From NCBI GenBank assembly GCA_048213135.1, contig PS015122.1:1-64000 (forward strand): a DNA stretch of 64,000 nt. Reading direction: 5' to 3'. A program made the position numbers and the translations under genes. This DNA is from Reclinomonas americana ATCC 50394 (Eukaryota). Below are positions 55,854-64,000 of this stretch, in pieces (position 1 is the stretch's first letter; every line of letters begins with the position of its first letter). Under the pieces are notes generated by a model that saw nothing but the letters and a program-made list of their open reading frames with translations, had not been told where the DNA came from and did not search any database.

Positions 55854-56498
55854 CGAGAGACGCAACGCTATCCTCTCGCGCCAGCATTGTCGGCTCAACC
55901 ACCACCTAACAAAGCAAAAATCAGGCGAGAGGGAACGACAATAGCAGCATCACGGCAGTAGCAACAGTACGCACGTCAAACAGATACACATTCTGATCGA
56001 CATCCGACAGTTGCATCAGGCAGAGACGACCTCTGGACATCGCGGTGAGCACACACACTACGAACGCTTGCACAAACGATTGAACTCACGTGTATCCGAG
56101 ACTGACACCCTCACAATCCCAGCCAAGCACAGTGCTCGAGTCCAGCAATCGTTGCGACACGGCCTGGCACTGCGCGTACGTCGTAATGTAGTGCGTCTCG
56201 GCACTGTCGTTTGGCACAAACGGGATTGGAGCTACGCATGAACGCAGGTGAGATGATCATCAACAACAGGAACAAACACGCAGTCGATCGCGTCCACGCA
56301 CGAGGATCAGGCATGCGAATGGTTCCCGACGACTCTGCGCACAGCATCATTCGTCAGTGGCGGAGAACGATGAAGAAGGAGAGAGAGAGGAGGAGGAGGA
56401 GGAGAAGGAGGAGGAGGAGGACAAGAAGAAGAAGGAGAATAAGAAGAACAAGAACAAGAACAAGAAGAAGAACAAGAAGAAGAAGAAGAAGAAGAAGA

Positions 56499-56540
<42 letters not shown>

Positions 56541-56579
56541 GAGGAATAAGAAGAAGAAGNNNNNNNNNNNNNNNNNNNN

Positions 56580-56616
<37 letters not shown>

Positions 56617-56940
56617 CTCCTCTCTCTCTCTCTCTCTCACTCTCCTCTCTCTCTTCTCTTCTCTCTCTCTTCTCTCTCTCTTCTCTCTCTCTCTTCTCTC
56701 TCTCTCTCTTCTCTCTCTCTTCTCTCACACCTCATAAGGAAAGCCCGCATGTGCAATGTGCGCGGGAATGAGCCTATCGCCCGCAGTCGAGGAGGAGTCA
56801 GTGGCAAGTGACGAGCACGAGGCCTCATCACTCACACCGTCCTCAGTCACCACATCATCCTCTGCACCTGCACACACACACACACACACGTGAGACACAG
56901 AGAGTGAGCAGAGAGGAGCACAGACAGCGCAACTGCTCAT
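52781..56940 (-). CDS. DEDDy 3'-5' exonuclease domain protein (EXD1/Egalitarian/WRN-exo-like) with an uncharacterised C-terminal region
   Basis: ExoI VLGWDCEG, GRLCLMQL..VYLFD, ExoII KVIHDLRCD, VFDT, WEVRP and ExoIII YAAGDV. The gene spans two N gaps and its start is inferred. Confidence 0.8.
56370..56727. repeat. Low-complexity (GAA/GA)n tract followed by a (CT)n tract, separated by a 20-N gap; intronic
   Basis: Seen directly. Confidence 0.9.
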
Positions 56941-57242
56941 GAGTAAGACAGATAAGAGAGGACATTCACTGTGTCCTCCGTCCTTCGTCGTTCTCAATGA
57001 GCGACGAGCAGCCTCGCTGTCCACTCAACTGGAGTGTACGCGAGGAGCCCACTGCCTCCTCCTCCACCGGCCTCGTCGGCGCAGTTGCGTATGCGCAATC
57101 TTTGTAAAAAAGAAGTTTGCGCGCGAAAATCACACTCACAGAAAAACAGCGTCGCGGTGTCACTCTTCCTCCGATTGTCGTTGCTCCACAACTGCCTTCC
57201 TTTAGCGGCGGTGGCAGCAGTGATGCAGGCGCAGAGGCTTCT

Positions 57243-58318
57243 ATGATTGTGGCCGCGGCCTTGGCTGCAGCAGCTGCGCGACAGACAGAGACGTCGTCGC
57301 CGGTGACTCCTCCCCACTATGCGCCTTCGCCACTGTCGCCGACGCGTTTGTGGGCCGGTCAGCAGGTGTATCAGTATGCTCCGGTGGTGGTGGCGAGTGA
57401 GGCGGAGGAGGCGGCGTATTATGAGTCGGCAATTGCGTTGGAGCTGAAGGCGTTTGCGGCGGATCTTGGAGCTGCTTCTTCTTCGACGACGACGACCACA
57501 ACGACGACGACTACTGTGAGTGGGAAGCGTTTGCGAGGAGAGGACGAGCAGGAGGAGCAGGTGGCGGCGACGGTGGCGGTCAAGAGACCACCGAGAAAGC
57601 GCAGAAAGCTGCTGATCTCGTCGTCGGACGATGGTGCCGATCGGAAGAAGAAGGCGAAACGAAAGACACTGGCATCTCCTTCCTCCTCGTCATCGTCATC
57701 GTCGTCGTCGTCATCGTCGTCATCATCTTCTGATGAAGGCGACGATAAGCCACTGTCGGCGCTGCTCATGGGAAAGAAGGGCAAGCAGGTCAATCATCGC
57801 TGTCCACCACCACAGTCGTTCCATCTGTGTGCTCACTGCCGACGTGCAGGCCAAGAGTGCTGCTGCTGCTCCTGCTCCTGTTCCACCACCACCACCACCA
57901 CCTCCAGCTCCAGCTCCAGCTCCGGCTCCGGCGCAACCTGCGCCGCCCAAGATCCGCACCAGTGGCAAGAAGCTGAAGATTGAGCAGGCGGAGATCCCGC
58001 GCTTCAAGTACGACTCGACGGCGCCCATCTTCAGGTGCCCGTCCTCACCCTCGCCAGTGATGTCCCTTGCTCCTCACTCTCATGTCCATGCGCAGTGGTA
58101 TTCGGCAAAAGATGTTGGGTGCACTGATCGAGCAAGCGGCGTGGTTGCCGCAATGCCTCAACGCGAAACACGTGATTCGGTACGCGATGCAGCTGGAGGA
58201 GAACGCGTACACTCGGAGTCGTGGAGTGGAGGTGGTGTACAAGGGATCGATAGCGGCCGATGTGATGCGCATCAAGAGGGCGGTGGCGAGCAAGGAGATG
58301 TTGACAGACGTGCGGTAA
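57243..58318 (+). CDS. Hypothetical nuclear protein, low complexity with a small C-terminal helical domain
   Basis: NLS-like KRPPRKRRK, poly-S and poly-P tracts. The C-terminal GIRQKMLGALIEQ..AMQLEENAY..VYKGSIA loosely resembles TFIIS-central/REXO1-type helical bundles. Confidence 0.5.
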
Positions 58319-58491
58319 ACGACAAGAGTAGATTTGGCTTGGGGAAACGAAACAGCATTTACACACACACGCACTCACGCATGCACACGCGGAGGATCCG
58401 GTGGCTGGTGGGAGGGGAAAGAACAACGGGAAACACGCACGACCGGCACAATGAGGACGGCAGATATTTGGGGGTGTGAAGCGCAGGAGAC

Positions 58492-59698
58492 TCAGTTCTC
58501 TTGCTCGTCGGTGTCCGGCTCGGCGTCCTTCTCGCCACCGTCGTCGTCGGGCAGCACAAAGTCGTCCTCCACGGCGTACCTGCATTGGTGGTGAGTGTCA
58601 CCACGCGGGTGTGCATCATCCTGCGGGAGGCGAGACGCAACAGAATCTTGGTGACTTCCTCGAGGAAAGGTGGCACGGCGTCGGGGGCGGCCTCCTGCGT
58701 TGTCTGGCACATAATCTCAATGTCGCGCAGCTTGCCAAAGTAGAAGTCACGCTCGCGCTCCAGGCCGTCCACAATCAGCTTCAGCTCGGCCAGTTGTTGC
58801 TNNNNNNNNNNNNNNNNNNNNNNNGGAAGGAGAAGGAGAGCAAAAGAGACGGTGCAGGGGAGGATGACAAGGAAGAGATTTGCATGGGGAGTTTTTGGAG
58901 ACCTTCGATCTGCGTCAACGCCGGCCGCTTGACTGTTCGGTGGACACATGTGCACACACGCATACACACACACAATGCAGGGCACCGACGATGTATGAGC
59001 GGCTTTGCCGAGGAGCAGTACCCATGCTTTTTCCTCCTCTGAAACTCACTCTGGCCCAGTTCCCCGACGCACACACGCACACACAATCAGCACGCCCTCA
59101 AACCGTTGTAGCGGGCAATGGCCGAATCGCGCTCGTACTTGGCGTCGTACGGCGTCTGGTCGTAGTGCAACTCAAAATACCGCTTCATCCACTGCAGATG
59201 CGTGGTGAGCCGCGTGTGGAGCGAGAAAACAATCATCAGCAACACTACAAACGCGCCTGCACAAACTCCAAGTTGTCGAGGTACTTGGCCTTGACGAGCT
59301 TGTCGACCTCAATGTTCTGCACGCGCGCAGTCAGTCGCCGTGTGCAGCGCAGCTGCGAGAATAATAATGAGTACCTTCTTGATGTTCAGCTTGCTGAAAG
59401 CCGCCTGCAGGATCTTGAAGTTGTTGACATACTCGTGCTCCAGCTTGGCGTTGAAGTTGACCTTGTGCAGTGCGATCGAGTCTGCACACACAAGTTGTCA
59501 GTCAGCAGACAGCACAGAAATGCACAGGGTGCCCGAGGAGCGCAATACACACCAGGGAACAGAATGTGCATCAGCTGGCAGTGAGCCGCTCCTGTGAGAG
59601 AGAGGCAAGGCGANNNNNNNNNNNNNNNNNNNNNNNNNNNNNNNNNNNNNNNNNNNNNNNNNNNNNNNNNNNNNNNNNNNNNNNNNNNNNNNNNNNNN

Positions 59699-59746
<48 letters not shown>

Positions 59747-60413
59747 ATGTGTGTGTGTGCATGTGTGCGTGTGTGCAAGTGGGCAAGTGCGTGTGACTGT
59801 GTGTGACTGTGTGCATCACCCACCTGAGGCAAAGTCCTCGATCTTCTTCTGATCCTGCACAGAGGAAAGAAGAAGAGGAAGAAGAGTGAGTGGCGATCGC
59901 CATCGCACTCTCTCTCTCTCACTCTTCCGCTCACACACACACACACACAAACCATTTGAAGCAGCTCATTCGCCCACGCCAGGATCTCGTATCGACTGAC
60001 AAAGTAGGCACTGCATGTGCGCACAAAGACAAAGAGAGAGAGAGAGAATGAGCGCGCGAAATGCCATTGACAACAACAACAGTCACGTCATGTGTGTGTG
60101 AGATCAGTTGGCGCTCTTTTTGTATGCAAAGTGACTGCTCTTCTCTCTCTCTCTCTGCTTGTGTGCGCAAGTGTGTGCCTCAGTGAGTGTGTGACACAGC
60201 AGCAACACAATCGAACATCTCTCTCACTCAGTGTTTGCTGTGTCTCTTGTCTGTGAAGTCAACAAACCTGTCCATCATGCCTTACTCGTTCAACACACAC
60301 GCACACACACACACACACACAACGAGACAACACACACAAGTCAGTGTCTTCGTTTTTTTCCACTGCATTTTTTCATCGCACAGACCGATGGCTTCTCCTG
60401 CGCCTGCGTCCAT
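58492..60413 (-). CDS. EB1: Microtubule end-binding protein EB1 (MAPRE family)
   Basis: [57 protein letters not shown] and the EBH motif [17 protein letters not shown]. Confidence 0.96.
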
Positions 60414-60567
60414 GATTGCTCTCTCTTTCCTTTACACACACAGCACACACAGAGCACACACAAAGAGTCTTGAGTGCGTGGACAATCGGCGAGCACGCAA
60501 CGTTCATATTCGCTTCCCGCCAAATCGCCATTGTCCACACTTCCGATTTTCGAGAGAGAGAGAGAGA
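60414..60567. promoter_or_regulatory. 154-bp bidirectional promoter with an E2F-like TTCCCGCCAAA
   Basis: Motif at 60514-60524 between the divergent EB1 and SCCPDH start codons. Confidence 0.5.
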
Positions 60568-62813
60568 ATGAGCCAGCGTCGCTTTGATTTGACTGTGTTT
60601 GGTGCCACGGGTTACACTGGTTACTAGTCCATCGCAGCATGCTTCACTCTATGCATTTTTTCACTCACTTTTTTTGTCTTTTTTGTGTCTTTGTGTCTTT
60701 CTCTCTGTGTGTGTGTTGTTGTTGTCAGGCACGCTGATTGCCGAGTACCTCGCAAAGCAGCATTACGATGCGAGCAAGCTGTGTTTGGCCGGGCGGAGGT
60801 GAGTGCTTGCGTGAACGGAGTTGATTGATCGGAGTTCGCATGCACGCACACACGCGTTTCTCTCCGTCTCCTCTCTGTCTGTGTCTCTGTCTGCATGTGC
60901 ATGAGTGGCCGAGTGCGCCCTTGTGTCTGTGTGCATTGGAACTTGTACAAAGTGAAGATTCTCTCTCATGATCACTTTGCAGCAAGGAGAAGCTGGAGGC
61001 TCTCAAGAAGCACTTGGAGGTGCGTGCATTCTCTCCTCCTCCCTGCCTGCCTGCCTCACACTCTCTGTATCTCACCGCGCACACTTGCCCGACATGCAGA
61101 GCATTGAGAAATCGTTCAATCGCGTCAACCTGCTGGTGGCCAGTGTCGACAATGCCGACGAGGTCGAGGCCATGATCCGCCTCACCAAGGTCGTTGTCAA
61201 CTGCGTTGGTCCCTTCTTCCGCTACTCCGAGGTCGTCGTCCGCAACTGTGTCGAGCACGGCACTGATTACGTCGATATCACGTTGCGTCACTCTCTCGAA
61301 TACAGGTCATCTGCTCCTCACTCATGCGCGAGTGCAGTGGCGAGCCCAACTTCATTGCGCTGATGATGGACAAGTATCAGGAGCAGGCCGAGCGCAACAA
61401 TGTGCTCATTATTTCTGCGTGCGGCTTCGATTCGGTGCCCGCCGATGTCGGCGTGCAGTACGCGCGTCAGCAGTTCGGCATCGATCGTGTGCGCTCCGTC
61501 GAGGGCTATGTGTCGCTGAAGAACTTTGGGTTGTCGGCCGGCACGTGGAACACCATGCTGGACAGGTGGGGCAATGGGGGGAAGAGGGGAGGGGGAGGAA
61601 AGGGGCAAGGGGGATAGAGAAGGCGCAGAAGCAAGAATTGTGAGGGCATGTGTGTGTTTATGCGAGAGAGCGAAGCTGAGGAATATGGTAGTCTCTTGAA
61701 TTCGTCCACCAGGTGATAGAAACAGATTTTGTCACTCTCTGTGGTGGTGCTTCATGAGACGGAGCAAGCGTCGTATTCGTGTCAGATGAGAAGAAGTGTG
61801 AGGAAAGCGTTGATGAGCACCGAGAGGGAGAAATTGAGTACTGCATTAGCGTGTCATGTTTGCGTTTATTGCGGGCACCGCCGTCGCCTTCCGCTCACCA
61901 TCGCTTCTCCGACCCCACAGCATCGCCAACGCCAAGCAGATGGCTGCCGTGCGTCGCAAGAGTGCTGGCCCGCCGCCGGCTTCGATCCCGAAGGTCTGCT
62001 CTTTCCACGTATTCCTTTTCCAAACTCTCTCTCTCTCTCTCACGTATTCTCGCGTCGCGCAGGAAAAGCGCGTGCTCAAGAAGCTGCCGCACAAGTGCAA
62101 GCAGATGGACAACACGTGGTGCATTCCATTTGCCACCTCCGACCCGTTTGTGGTGCGCAAGACGATTGAGATCCAGGCGGACAAGTCGATGCCCTACTTC
62201 CAGTACGGCCACTACCTGTCGGTTGGCGGTCTGTTCCGACTGATCATCATGGCGCTGGGATTCGCGTTGGGTTGCGTCGATCAGCACGCGAGCAAGAACT
62301 CGGCCTGTGACTCACTTGTGTTCGTGCCAGTGTTCCTGCTTGCCAAGTTCAAGCTCACGCGCGACCTGCTCCGCAAGTACAAGTCGGAGGGCTCGGGGTG
62401 AGTTACCTGGAGGAAGGGTGCGTGTGTGCTCGACCTTTCTCAACTGTGTGATCTCGGCTCGTGCAGCTCGTCGGTCGAGAGCCGCCAGTCGAGTCGCTCG
62501 AGAATTCTGTTCGTCGCTCGCGACGACAACGGGAAGCTCCTGGGACAGGCGGAGTTCACCGGCGCTGATCCCTATGATGTCACCGCTGTGACTGTCGTGC
62601 AGGCGGCGCGCGTGTTGCTGGAGAAGAGAGTTGCGTCTGCAACGCTACCTTTCTCTCTCCATCTCACTGTTCTTCTCACACGCTGCTGCTGCTGTTGCGC
62701 AGGAGCAACTGCCGATGCGTGGTGGTGTGGCCACCCCAGTGTCGGCACTCGGCGACGTGTACACGGACTACCTGATGCGCTGCCCGGAGATTGCCTTCCG
62801 CAAGGTGGAATGA
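60568..62813 (+). CDS. SCCPDH: Saccharopine dehydrogenase-like oxidoreductase
   Basis: FDLTVFGATGYTG, LAGR, VVVNCVGPF, YVDITGE, CGFDSVPADVG and GGVATP. Confidence 0.92.
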
Positions 62814-62872
62814 GAGAACACCGTAGAGAGAGCATACAAGTTCACTCGCGCGTTCTTCGCCCGCCTTCCCCG

Positions 62873-64000
62873 TCACCTATCGCGTTCTGGTGGCGAGCCC
62901 AGTGAAAATGGCTCGAGTGCTGTTGTTGTTGTTGTTGTTGTGGCCACTGTGGGTGCGCCACGCCCAGCCGGTGGTGCGGCAGGTGGCGGACCGGGAGCGG
63001 CGGCCGCCGACTGTGAAGGCGTGGTCTGAATGGCGGGGAGTACCGGCAAGCGGAAACCTCGTCCCCGACCGACCGCAGTGCTCACTGGTGTTCTGCGCAG
63101 TGACAACAACCGAGTCAAGAGTCGAGCAAAGTGGGTGCGCGGCGACACGTAGCTATACGAAACGACATGTTGGAAAGGGGCGTCGTCGACCCCGGTGGCC
63201 CCACGGAGCCCACGCCCGCCGCACTGCAAGACACATAGAAGTGAGGGAATAGAGGGCACACACACACACATCGAGGCGAGAGCGGATAACGGTACCTGGG
63301 CGACGGGCCAGGAGCGCCGCGACCTCGTCCTCGTCCCATCACGCCCGCCAGGAGCGATGACACGGCACTGCCTCCCGCACAGCACGTGTGAGCGATGATG
63401 CATACGACAGTTGCAACAACATGGAGTAACGCACCTTGGTTGCTCAGCAGGTGGTCGATCGCGAGTCGGTCGTTCCTGATCGCGTACCACACCGTCGTCC
63501 TCGTCCGAATCGTCGTCGTACACGCTACGGCCTGTGGCGGCGGCAGTTGTGAGAAGAAGTGGTTCGCGCACCACTTTCATGGATCCACACACCTCGTCCC
63601 AAGGGCGCTGCTGCGGTGAGTCCACCCGGTGTGGTGGTGGTGGTTGTGGTGGTTGTGGTGGTCATCGGTGCACCACCAGCGGAGCCAGCGCGCAGCCACG
63701 ATGGCGCCCCTGTGCCCGCTGGTGGTGGAGCAGCAGCGGTGGCCGGCGGTGGACTGGCCACTGAACCTGCACTTCCGCGACCTCGTCCTGCTTGTGAAAT
63801 GAGAACAAAGAGAGCAGGAGAAGAAGGAGAGGGTTGGGAGGGGGTGGAGTGGAGTGGAGCGCACCTCGTCCACCCAGCGCGCCCAACACACTCGACATGA
63901 AGCGACCGCCGGCAGCAGGTGAACCAAAGTTCGTGCTGGCGCGAAGGCCGCCGACGGATGGAGGACTGTGGGGAGGGAGGGAGAGGAAGGGAAAGGGTGA
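62873..64000 (-). CDS. Partial low-complexity protein with repeated GRGRG motifs (5' end outside the window)
   Basis: Spliced exons give GGR|GRGRGS, MGRGRGRGA and VGRGRGF in P/T/A-rich sequence, with stop at 62873. Confidence 0.5.

Noticed and set aside
55037-55987. Identical ~145-bp direct repeat (55037-55181 and 55844-55987) suggesting exon duplication or LTRs
   Set aside because: The copies flank an N gap and the left copy ends exactly at the gap. Unmerged overlapping contig ends or haplotypes next to low-complexity sequence are the likeliest cause. Long reads would settle it.
56357-56737. E/K/R-rich ORFs
   Set aside because: They are translations of intronic purine and pyrimidine microsatellites.

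Overview
Gene-dense, intron-rich, GC-rich eukaryotic (protist-like) scaffold with N gaps. It is not prokaryotic, and I see no CRISPR array, rRNA, tRNA or transposon. Manual splicing gives about 19 protein-coding genes. They are NAT10 (its first two contigs mis-oriented by scaffolding), a DEK_C/Mrc1-Claspin-like acidic protein, LLPH, an Erf4-like membrane protein, a GNAT protein, a WD40-FN3-pseudokinase, a macro domain-RasGEF, an ALKBH2/3-like dioxygenase, a 3x dsRBD DExH helicase, a WD40-pseudokinase-pseudoHECT, TARBP1/Trm3, a scramblase, a 2-TM protein, a sterol glucosyltransferase-like protein, a DEDDy exonuclease, EB1, SCCPDH and two hypothetical proteins. The most striking signal is the splicing code. 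At least 30 introns, many of them fixed by conserved protein motifs, start with GTTGCG(T). This looks like the common GTGCG(T) donor with one extra T, which moves the normally conserved +5 G to +6, and these donors almost never have an exonic -1 G. Other notable points are the pseudoenzyme fusion proteins, stop-to-start spacing of only 44-68 bp between some tandem genes, E2F-like motifs in all five divergent promoters, and structured or repeat-containing long introns. Gene models were assembled by eye, so internal exon boundaries are approximate.
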